A stretch of 64,000 bases of DNA, taken from Oscillospiraceae bacterium. GTDB taxonomy: Bacteria; Bacillota; Clostridia; Oscillospirales; CAG-382. The stretch is taken from the NCBI GenBank assembly GCA_015064895.1, contig SVRI01000012.1, positions 1,146 to 65,145 of the forward strand, read 5' to 3'. The notes below the pieces were generated by a model. The model was not told where the DNA came from, did no database searches, and worked only from the letters and a program-made list of their open reading frames with translations. A program made the position numbers and the translations under genes. This document shows positions 18,065 to 27,100 of the stretch, piece by piece (positions within the stretch are counted from its first letter, which is position 1; every line of letters begins with the position of its first letter).

Positions 18065-18895
18065 TTATTTGTTGGCTTCAATAAATCTCATGATGATTGT
18101 AGCCGCTTCTGCTCTTGTGGCATTGTCCTGAGGACAAACGGTTGTCTTTGTCTTACCGTTGATAAGCTTTGTGTTAACCGCCCACTGCATAGCTTCGGAA
18201 GCCCATGAAGAAATTGATTCATAATCTTCGTATTCTCTTACAGCCATACCGCCCTGAGTTACATCGTAACCCTTAGCGTTTGCATATCTGTACATGATAG
18301 CTGCAATCTGTTCTCTTGTGATGGCATTGTTGGGAGCAAATTCTGTTTCGGAAACACCGTTAACGATGCCGTTTTCTGCCGCCCAGATAATGGGAGCACC
18401 GTACCAGTCGGAAAGACTTACATCCGAGAATGTGCTGTCGGATTCAAGCCTGGGAGAACCTTCAACTCTGTAGAGAATTGTTACGAGCATAGCTCTTGTA
18501 AGTGTCTGGTTGGGAGCGAATTCGTTTTCGCTTACACCGTTCATGATGCCGTTTTCGGAAGCAAACTTAACAGTGCCAAAGAACCAGTCGTTTTCTTTAA
18601 CATCGGAGAAGGGGTTTGTCCATTCCTTGACTTCCTCTTCATTGTCGTCAAATTCTTCTCTTTCATTGTTGGGTCTTGAGGGACCGCCGTTGCCTTTGCC
18701 GTCGTTATTATCGTCTTTGCCGTCGTTATCTTCATCATCACCGTCATCGGGATTCACAACGGGTTCGTCATCGAAAAGACCGCCGAGGTCAATTTCAACT
18801 TCTATTGTTGCCGCATAAGCGAATATGCTGAGACCGGAAATGAGCATTGCAAGACAAACGAGAATTGATAAAAGCTTTTTGTTCATGATAATCAC
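18065..18895 (-). CDS. secreted S-layer-homology (SLH) domain protein
   Basis: Signal peptide MNKKLLSILVCLAMLISGLSIFAYA, an acidic D/E/N/G-rich linker, then three SLH repeats (FSDV..DWF.., FSDVSLSDWYG.., ISSWASEAMQWA..). Confidence 0.85.
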   Translation of the reverse strand: MIIMNKKLLSILVCLAMLISGLSIFAYAATIEVEIDLGGLFDDEPVVNPDDGDDEDNDGKDDNNDGKGNGGPSRPNNEREEFDDNEEEVKEWTNPFSDVKENDWFFGTVKFASENGIMNGVSENEFAPNQTLTRAMLVTILYRVEGSPRLESDSTFSDVSLSDWYGAPIIWAAENGIVNGVSETEFAPNNAITREQIAAIMYRYANAKGYDVTQGGMAVREYEDYESISSWASEAMQWAVNTKLINGKTKTTVCPQDNATRAEAATIIMRFIEANK

Positions 18896-19140
18896 CTCAT
18901 GTGTTTATTTGCAGTATACTGCATAGTTTGATTCAATTATACAACATATTTTTCTGCATTTCAAGTGTGATAAAACAAAAGATTATAAAAATTTTCTGTT
19001 AACAGACGATAATTGCGTGCGTTTTAGTGAATAAGAATCAAAAATATTAATGTATATATGCATAAAATTGTGAATGTTGCACAAAAAAAGAATCTCAACT
19101 ATGTCGAAACGACAAAAATTAAAAATTAGCCCCTGCAAGA

Positions 19141-19169
19141 TTGACAAATATGTCACATTTTGCTATAAT
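19141..19169 (+). promoter_or_regulatory. consensus sigma-A promoter
   Basis: TTGACA, 17 nt, TATAAT (both hexamers are perfect). It is 35 nt upstream of the ATG at 19205, which has an AGGAGG RBS. Confidence 0.65.
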
Positions 19170-19204
19170 ATTAAAGACGGAAAACACGGAAATCAGGAGG
19201 CTTT

Positions 19205-20041
19205 ATGAGCAAAAGTTATATTGTTACTTCGTTCAAAGGCGGAGTGGGAAAGACAACTTTATCTGCAAATCTTGCCATGAGCCTTGCGCGCCGTGGACAT
19301 AAAGTCGTGGCGGTTGACTGTGACCTGGAATCAAGATGCCTTGATATCGTACTTGGTCTGGAAAATGCAACGCTTTTTAATTTGTGTGACTGCATTAAGG
19401 GAACATGTACCGTGGACAGTGCACTTGTACGGGATGAAAGATGCGAAAATCTGTATTTTATTTCCGCACCGGCTTTTTATCCCGAGCGTCATGAAATAGG
19501 TACTGCATCCGATTCTTTTTCTCGGGAGTCCATTGAGAATTTTGTAAAAGAGCTCACCAACCGTTTTGATTATGTCATTTTTGATTTGCCTGCACGTCCA
19601 GATAATTTGTACAGACACCTTGCTTGTCTTGTTGATGCGGCATTTGTTGTGTCGCTTCATACCGCGGCATCCATAAGAGCTGCCGAAAAAACGGCAATAG
19701 CTCTTAATGAGCTGACAGGCTACGGTAAGGATAACCTGACAGCCGGAGGACTTGACATAAGGCTCATTGTCAACGGCTTTAAACCAAAGGATGCAAAAGC
19801 GGGTGCCAATGTCGGTCTCTATGATATAATTTCAAAAACGAAAATGCAGCTTTGGGGTGTTGTGCCGTTCAGTATTGCCATGTCAAAGGGACAGGAAATG
19901 GGCAAGCTTGCGTATGAGCTTTATAAGGGTTCTACACCATTTTGCAGAGCCGTTGAAAATATATCCACAAGATGTGAGGGATATAAGGTTCCGCTGTTTG
20001 AGGGCGTAGATACGGGCGTCAAGAAAAAGCAGGTTTTCTGA
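19205..20041 (+). CDS. MinD/ParA-family deviant Walker A ATPase (orphan; no minC/minE nearby)
   Basis: SFKGGVGKTTLSANLA (deviant Walker A KGGxGK[ST]) and VIFDLPA (Walker B-like). Confidence 0.8.
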   Translation: MSKSYIVTSFKGGVGKTTLSANLAMSLARRGHKVVAVDCDLESRCLDIVLGLENATLFNLCDCIKGTCTVDSALVRDERCENLYFISAPAFYPERHEIGTASDSFSRESIENFVKELTNRFDYVIFDLPARPDNLYRHLACLVDAAFVVSLHTAASIRAAEKTAIALNELTGYGKDNLTAGGLDIRLIVNGFKPKDAKAGANVGLYDIISKTKMQLWGVVPFSIAMSKGQEMGKLAYELYKGSTPFCRAVENISTRCEGYKVPLFEGVDTGVKKKQVF

Positions 20042-20093
20042 TTATTGCGTAACACATTAAAGTAACAAACAGAGAAAGGATTGATTGGTTTAT

Positions 20094-20504
20094 ATGGAAA
20101 TAGCAATCATAGCATCAGACACAAAAAAAGAACTCATCGCGGAATTCTGTATTGCATATCAGGGTATTTTGTGTAAACACGAACTGTGTGCAACAGATGC
20201 CACGGGTAAATATATTTCCGAAGCAACGGGTCTTGACATTGAATGTCTTATGACCGGTATGCAGGGCGGTATCGAGCAGATAGCGTCGAGAATTGCCTTC
20301 AATGAAATAGACCTTCTTCTTTTCTTCAGAAATACGATTGCTGCACCCGAATACAAGGAAGCGGAGCATAATATTTTGAGACTCTGCGATATTTATAACG
20401 TACCTTTTGCCACAAATATTGCTACGGCAGAAGCACTTATCCTTGCCCTTGACCAGGGTACGCTTGATTGGAGAAATCTTGTAAATCCCAAGGCTAAGCG
20501 GTGA
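20094..20504 (+). CDS. mgsA: methylglyoxal synthase-like protein
   Basis: MEIAIIASDTKKELIAEF...LCATDATGKYI...GGIEQIASRI...IDLLLFFRN matches the MGS-like fold pattern. An alternative TTG start at 20085 is possible. Confidence 0.75.
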   Translation: MEIAIIASDTKKELIAEFCIAYQGILCKHELCATDATGKYISEATGLDIECLMTGMQGGIEQIASRIAFNEIDLLLFFRNTIAAPEYKEAEHNILRLCDIYNVPFATNIATAEALILALDQGTLDWRNLVNPKAKR

Positions 20505-20655
20505 AGCACCGCTGCAAATTTCACGGGGCATTACGGTAATTGACAAATTCTCTACTCGCGAAACCGACCTTTTGTTGCCGCATATAAGGCACGCGGCAAC
20601 AAAATACGACACCGACGCAGTATCGGTGCCGTAAAATTTTTTATCACGGATGTCA

Positions 20656-20691
20656 TCCCGACCACCAACAACGGCGGTCGGGACTTTTTTT
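20656..20691 (+). terminator. intrinsic terminator
   Basis: TCCCGACC...GGTCGGGA stem followed by CTTTTTTT. Confidence 0.7.
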
Positions 20692-21205
20692 ATTTGGAAA
20701 CTCTTATTTCCTCAATCTCGCAAACATAAACCGTGTGATAATCCTTGTTCGGATAATTCTTGTCAATCAAAGACTTGTCAATAAAGTCAGCCTCTTTCAT
20801 GTCTGCGGCAAAAAGCTTCTTGCCGATAACCGTTACCTTTGCATCTTTAAACTCAACAATGCCTTTGTCCGAAACGGTCACACTTAAGCCTGCCTCGGAT
20901 AACTTGTCACCGTCACGTCCGGAATTTCTTCCGCAGTAGGTGAGTGCCTTTTTCTTGTCCTCGTCAAAGAAGGACAGGGAAATGAACTCTGAATTGTCAA
21001 TAAACTCTTTGGTATATCTTTGGGGTCTTACAAAACAGAAAAATACATTCTTGTTCCAAAGAACACCCATGCCTCCCCAGCTTGCCGTCATTGCATTGTA
21101 GGGCAGGGGTTTGTGCTTTTCATCGTATGCCGCAATAAGACACCATGAATCGTCAAACATTCGGAATACATTTTCACCAAAATCCTTTGGATTTACCAAT
21201 GTCAT
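20690..21205 (-). CDS. flavin reductase-like FMN-binding domain protein
   Basis: 171 aa. NAMTASWGGMGVLWNKNVFFCFVRPQRYT is the typical family pattern. Confidence 0.8.
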   Translation of the reverse strand: MTLVNPKDFGENVFRMFDDSWCLIAAYDEKHKPLPYNAMTASWGGMGVLWNKNVFFCFVRPQRYTKEFIDNSEFISLSFFDEDKKKALTYCGRNSGRDGDKLSEAGLSVTVSDKGIVEFKDAKVTVIGKKLFAADMKEADFIDKSLIDKNYPNKDYHTVYVCEIEEIRVSK

Positions 21206-21291
21206 AATATCACCTCAAAATAATATATGCAAATAGGCTCCTGTTATGAAAATGCCCTCGGAAAACCGAGGGCAAATTTTGCATAAACTAA

Positions 21292-21382
21292 CTTTCGCTC
21301 GTGCGTAGCACGAATATCGCTCCCCGATAGGGGAATATCACCGCCCGAAGGGCAATATAACTTTTCCTGCCTTGCAGGAAAA
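21292..21382. repeat. array of four short variable hairpins separated by a conserved 7-nt spacer
   Basis: cTTTCGC-TCGTGCgtaGCACGA, ATATCGC-TCCCCgataGGGGA, ATATCAC-cGCCCgaaGGGC, aATATAAC-TTTTCCTGCcttGCAGGAAAA. It lies downstream of the gdhA stop. Confidence 0.6.
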
Positions 21383-21409
21383 AATTCACTGTTTAAAATC
21401 CTGTGGATT

Positions 21410-22753
21410 TTAAACTATACCCTGTGCCATCATAGCATCTGCAACCTTCTGGAAGCCTGCGATGTTAGCACCTGCAACAAGGTTGTAACCGAGACCGTAC
21501 TGCTCGGAAGCTTTTGCTGCATTGTTGTGGATGTTGATCATAATCTGTTCAAGCTGTGCATAAACCTGATCGGGGCTGAATACTGTGTGACCTGCATTCT
21601 GACCCATTTCGATACAAGAACAAGCAACACCGCCTGCGTTTGCAGCCTTGGAAGGACCAAGTACTACGCCGTTAGCCATGAGGTATGCCATAGCTTCGTT
21701 TGTTGTGGGCATGTTGGATGCTTCGCAGAGGAACTTAGCACCGTTTGCAACCATAACTTCTGCTTCCTTCATGCCGATTTCGTTCTGAGTAGCACAAGGA
21801 ATGTAAAGGTCTGCCTTAACGCCCCAGGGCTTTTCGCCGGGGAAGAACTTAGCGTTGGGGAACTTTTCTGCGTAAGGTGCACAAACATTCTTGCCGGATG
21901 CACGAAGTTCAAGCATAAAGTCTTCCTTTTCCTTTGTGGAAACGCCGTCGGGATCGTAGATGTATCCGTCGGGACCGGAAATTGTGAGAACCTTTGCACC
22001 GAGCTGGTTGAGCTTTTGAACAGTACCCCAGGATACGTTACCGAAGCCGGATACAACAACAGTTTTGCCTTCGAGGCTTTCACCGAAGTGCTTAAGCATT
22101 TCTCTTGCAAAGAATACTACGCCGTAGCCTGTAGCTTCTGTTCTGCCGCTAAGACCGCCGTAGGGAATACCCTTACCTGTGAGAACGCCTTCGTATACGT
22201 TCTTGAGTCTCTTGTACTGACCGAACATGTAGCCGATTTCCTTAGCACCAACACCGAGGTCGCCTGCAGGTACGTCTGTTTCAGCACCGATGTGTCTGTA
22301 AAGCTCTGTCATAAAGCTCTGACAGAAACGCATGATTTCTCCATCAGACTTTCCTGTGGGGTCGAAGTCAGCACCGCCCTTGCCGCCGCCGATGGGAAGA
22401 CCTGTAAGGCTGTTCTTGAAGGTCTGTTCAAAACCAAGGAACTTGATGATGCCGAGATATACGTTGGGTGCGAATCTGAGACCGCCCTTGTAAGGACCGA
22501 TTGCAGAGTTGAACTGTACTCTGAAGCCGCGGTTAACCTTAACGTTTCCGTTGTCATCAACCCACGGTACTCTGAAGGAGATAACTCTTTCGGGTTCAAC
22601 GAGTCTTTCGAGAAGAGCTGCCTTTTCATATTCGGGATGCTTTGCGATTACGGGTTCAAGGCTTGTGAGAACTTCTGTTGCAGCCTGGATAAACTCGGGC
22701 TGTTCAGCATTCTTTGCCTTTAAGTCGTCGAGGACTTTCTGTAAGTAGGACAT
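21410..22753 (-). CDS. gdhA: NADP-specific glutamate dehydrogenase
   Basis: GGGKGG catalytic-lysine motif (LPIGGGKGGADFDP) and GFGNVSWG dinucleotide-binding motif. The ATG at 22753 lies 7 nt after GGAGGG. Confidence 0.95.
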   Translation of the reverse strand: MSYLQKVLDDLKAKNAEQPEFIQAATEVLTSLEPVIAKHPEYEKAALLERLVEPERVISFRVPWVDDNGNVKVNRGFRVQFNSAIGPYKGGLRFAPNVYLGIIKFLGFEQTFKNSLTGLPIGGGKGGADFDPTGKSDGEIMRFCQSFMTELYRHIGAETDVPAGDLGVGAKEIGYMFGQYKRLKNVYEGVLTGKGIPYGGLSGRTEATGYGVVFFAREMLKHFGESLEGKTVVVSGFGNVSWGTVQKLNQLGAKVLTISGPDGYIYDPDGVSTKEKEDFMLELRASGKNVCAPYAEKFPNAKFFPGEKPWGVKADLYIPCATQNEIGMKEAEVMVANGAKFLCEASNMPTTNEAMAYLMANGVVLGPSKAANAGGVACSCIEMGQNAGHTVFSPDQVYAQLEQIMINIHNNAAKASEQYGLGYNLVAGANIAGFQKVADAMMAQGIV

Positions 22754-23104
22754 GATAATTCCCTCCAAATAAAATATATGTTATGTATTTATACACTTGA
22801 ATAAATGGGTGCATTCCGTACATTGCACATAGTTTATCACATATTTTTTAGTAATGCAATAGGTAAATTGTAATTTTGAGACATTTTTTTAAAAAAATTC
22901 ATAAAATCATCAAATTTTACGGAAAATGTCGTTTTTTTGGCGGAATTTGAAAGAATGATGTGCAAAAAATTCAAAAACTTTAGTTTGTTTTATGTTTCTT
23001 GATATTTTTTTGTCATTCTTGCGTAATTATTAACAAAATTTCGGTTTTATCGGAATAACCGAATGTGATAAAATGTATGGGCGATTGAAAGGAATGATTT
23101 CAAA

Positions 23105-23887
23105 ATGAGCAAAAAGAAGACTGTAAAAAAAGGTATTGACACAACAAGCCTTGTCATGCTGATTGTGTTCTTTGCAATAATCATCGGAGCACTTGTGGCA
23201 GTTGGAGTGGTTGTCGTTAACAGACGAAACGGCGATAAGCAGCAGGATCAGGGTGCAAATGCTTCCTATGCTAACATTGACGGTACTGCCGATGAATATG
23301 ATGAGATAATGAACAATCTCACCCCGGAACAGATTGCAACGATGTTTCCCGATGCTCAGCCCGGCAGTACATACAGCTATGTGGATGATGACGGAAATCT
23401 CAAGGAAATTACTATCCCCGCTGATTATAAAAATCCCAATTCAAGTGTGTCGATAGAAGATGCGGTTGCTTCATCAAAGTACAAGTTTGAGAATTATACT
23501 GACCTTACCGATAAGTTCATGGAAGTATGCAGCGAAGGAAATGTGGATGAACTGTATCATTTGTATTTCCCCGGATTTCTTGAAGATATGAGACTTAATA
23601 TGGAACAAGTGCCGACCAAGGAAGTGTTTGATGCAAACATGAGCGCAAGTATGAAAAGAGTAACCGGTTTTAATGAATATGAGTACGGTTCCCCCGAACT
23701 TAGTCATGCCGGCTCACCCGGTTCGTATTCGGCTTTTATTTACGGTCAGGTGAACGGCGGAAAACAAATACCCCTTGACCTTACAAAAATCGAAGACTGC
23801 GTGAACCTTGTGACATATGATGATAATATGTATGAGAGTAATCATTTCATGGTTAAGATTGGCGGATATTGGTATTTTATCGTATAA
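23105..23887 (+). CDS. single-pass membrane-anchored hypothetical protein
   Basis: 260 aa. Lys-rich N-terminus, one TM helix (LVMLIVFFAIIIGALVAVGVVVV) and an extracytoplasmic domain with no motif I recognise. It is the first gene of the plus-strand block. Confidence 0.6.
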   Translation: MSKKKTVKKGIDTTSLVMLIVFFAIIIGALVAVGVVVVNRRNGDKQQDQGANASYANIDGTADEYDEIMNNLTPEQIATMFPDAQPGSTYSYVDDDGNLKEITIPADYKNPNSSVSIEDAVASSKYKFENYTDLTDKFMEVCSEGNVDELYHLYFPGFLEDMRLNMEQVPTKEVFDANMSASMKRVTGFNEYEYGSPELSHAGSPGSYSAFIYGQVNGGKQIPLDLTKIEDCVNLVTYDDNMYESNHFMVKIGGYWYFIV

Positions 23888-23915
23888 TAATTTGAGAATA
23901 GTATGAGAATGAGAA

Positions 23916-23950
23916 AAAACGATTTCGTGTGTACGGGATCGTTTTTTTTT
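23916..23950 (+). terminator. intrinsic terminator
   Basis: AAAACGATTTCGTgtgtACGGGATCGTTTT stem running into a T9 tract. Confidence 0.6.
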
Positions 23951-24147
23951 GACTTTGAACAGGTATTGTTGTAATCAAACAAAATTTCAGTCTGATGTGT
24001 GCAATATCACCAAAATAAAGAGATAAAAATCTACATATCGGAGAGAGGATAAGGATAAAAAATTCGTTGTTCTGTAACTTTGTGTTTACATTTCGATGTT
24101 ACCATGAATACGTATATTTGTACACTCGTAGTAAAAGGAGAAAAATT

Positions 24148-27100
24148 ATGAGAAGACTTTTAAGTGTAGTGCTCGCAATCGTGATGGTTATGTCAACTGT
24201 TGCTTTTGCAATACCTTCTGCGGTAACAAATACCGATAACGCAGAAGAACAGACAAATGCACCGGAGGAAAATGCTGTGGCAGAACTTACAGCGGCAAAG
24301 GCACTCAAACGAGGCATTAACATGCTCACAGGAAACAAGAATGCCTTTGACGGCGAAACCGAAACCGATATTTCCTGGGCAACAGCAGGTTCTATCCCAG
24401 CTTCCGACTTGGCAGTTGTGGATGACCCCACAGGTGAACGCGGCGGCAAGGTGTTCCAGGCAACACAGGCAGTAAACGACAAGGGTTACCCCAACTTCAA
24501 CATGCAGTTCGGCGGCGACCTTGATACAGATATCGGTCATACATATCTTTATGTAGCATTCGACTATCAGAAGTATGTACCCGAAACCGAAGGCTATATT
24601 GAAAACACTGCTTTCTGGGTTCTTAACTCTACTGCTGCAGCAGGTACATTTGCTGTTTTCAATCCTGCTCTCGGTGCAAATGAAGGCTGGAAGCATTTTG
24701 GAAAGATAATTGATTACACAATAAATACCACCGGCGACAGTATGTATGATACAACCACAAACGAGTATTATACAGATCAGGATCTCAATAAGTCGATGGT
24801 TTTCCAGTCGGGTAAGAATACAGCCAATACTGTTCCCGCATATCTTCTCTTCGACGATATTATCGTTGCTCCTGCTTACAAGGTTACATATTATAATAAG
24901 GCAGGCACAGATGTTGTAAAAACAGACTATATTGCAGTTGACGAAGAAGGCAACCTTCTTGAAGCATTCGAGCCCGCTGCTATCATTTCCGGTTCTACCG
25001 TTTACAGCGACTGGTCTCTTACACAGGGCGGTTCCGTAAAGAGTTATATTACACTTGATGAGTCTTTCAACGAAGATATTGTTCTTTATGCAACAACCGA
25101 AGGAGATGCTACAGCTACTGCAAAGGTAGTTCTTGATAACAAGCTTACCAAGGCAGGCGATACAGCAGTTGCAACAGCGAAGTTCCTCGGCGACCCCGTA
25201 TTTGACCCCTTCTCAATCACATGGTCTTCAGCTCATCCCGCTGTTGCAGAAGTAAGCTATGATAAGGCTACCGGTATTGCAACGGTTACAGCAAAGTCGG
25301 AAGGTTATGCAGATCTTACATTCTCAAGCGGCTCTCTTACATTTACTGACAGAATCTATGTAACAGACGATCCTATCGTAGCTTCAAGCGTTACAAGCGG
25401 TGCTGAAATTTCCGAATTTGCAGGCGTTGACCTTGAGCTCTATGAATATGTAACCGTAAATGTTACAAACACATCTTCTTCTGCTAAGAAGGTAACTGTT
25501 TCTCTTGACAGTGCCGAACTCGATAACGAAATCGGTTTCAACTTCGCAGAATGGGATATTGAAGTTCCTGCGAATGTTACAAACTACGATGTATACGTTG
25601 ACCTTACAAATGAAGCATTGTGGAAAGATGATTCCGAAAGCATTACAGTAACAGCACAGAGCGGTGTAACAATCAACAATGCAAAGCTCTGGCCTGTTCT
25701 CACACCCGAGATTGAACTTGGACTTACATCTCCTACAGACCTCATTTCCACAGCAAACGGTACAGTTACCGTAACAGGTGCATTTACTTGCGACCTTGAA
25801 GGTGTATATGACGAAACATTCACACTTACTGTTGATACAGATCCTACAATCGCTTCCTATACAATCAGCGGTAATAACGTTACAGTTAAGGCGGGTACAG
25901 CAGGTACATGCGTTGTAACCGTAACAGCTACAAGTAACGAAGATCCTTCAGTTAAAGCAGTAAAGAAGATTCTCGTAGATATCGGTAACACTTCCGGCTA
26001 CGGACTTACACTTGATGCCGATTCCACAAGCATCAACGGCGATGCAATTGCAACAATTACTCCTATTGTTCACTCTGCATCAGGAAGTGTTGATAACTTC
26101 AGCATCGAATATGCAATGTCTGCTGACGGCTATGCGTCTCTTCTCAAGAACGGCGACGGCACAGCAACAGTTACTCCTCTTAAGGACGGCTCCGTAACAA
26201 TTACAGCAACAGCTGTTGTCGGCGGCAATACTCTTACAGATGACATCACACTTACACTTACAAATATTCCCAGAAGAACCGTAGCATACGACTTAAAGCT
26301 TATGCTTATCGGTAACTCCTATCTTGAACACGGCTATCTCGCAACAGCCGATAAGACTCTCTATAACGGTTATATGGATAAGACCGATGTTCCCCGTGGT
26401 ATGGCGGCAACTTCTCCTGAACTCGACTACTATGCACAGCTTTGCAAGAGACTCGAAGCAGGCTTTGAAGGCTCATTCACATCCAAAAAGCAGGGCGGTG
26501 CCGTAATCGAACAGGCTTGGAAGAAGGGTCTTGCTTCAGGTACACCTTCCGATCTTACAGGCTGGGATCCCGATGTTTCCCTTGCAGCAATGCAGAATGC
26601 ATGGGCACCCATTGTAGATTATATGGATAAGGAACAGCCTAACCTTATTACAATTCAGCTTGCTGAAAACGCAGCTCATGCTAAAGAAGAATCCGCAACA
26701 TTCTTCTATGATGAAGTATGCAAGATGATTGATGCTCACAGACCCGAAAACTCCGTAGTAGTTATCATTTCTCCTATGGGTACACAGGTATCCTCCAATG
26801 TACAGCAGGTAATCGCCGCAAAGTACGGATTCTACTGGGCAGATAACACATGGATCGGTGACGAAAACGGCTGGGGTGCAAGCAATCCCTACCTTGCATT
26901 CGGACACTATCCCGATTATACGAACTCCGCTGTGGTTGAATTCCGTACACACCCCGGTAACCTCGGTATGGAAGAAATTGCAAAGAGTGCATACGCAATC
27001 TTCGAAGAAAAGATTCCTACAGCTATTAAGCCTACTCTCGTAACACTTCCCGACAGCTTCACAATCGAAGGTGCTGACACAATTACAGCAAAGGGCGGTA

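Noticed and set aside
21527-22723. A 398-aa ORF on the plus strand, opposite gdhA.
   Set aside because: It is fully antisense to a gdhA gene with unmistakable motifs. It is Cys/Phe-rich with nonsense composition and has no RBS. This is a shadow ORF.
24067-24147. Upstream extensions of ORF-track starts: 24067 for protein A, 58492 for GH95, 5115 for azlC, 8645 for rqcH, 7047 for nif3, 6065 for DUF559 and 63289 for AraC.
   Set aside because: In each case an internal ATG or GTG with a well-spaced GGAGG-type RBS gives the expected family N-terminus or signal peptide. The extension would run through promoters, repeats or a neighbouring gene.
23888-24147. Invertible promoter (inverton) or a diversity-generating retroelement acting on the giant surface proteins.
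   Set aside because: I found no inverted repeats of 12 bp or more flanking the promoter regions upstream of A, B, C or D. There is no recombinase or reverse transcriptase gene. I also saw no near-identical template/variable repeat pair differing at adenines.
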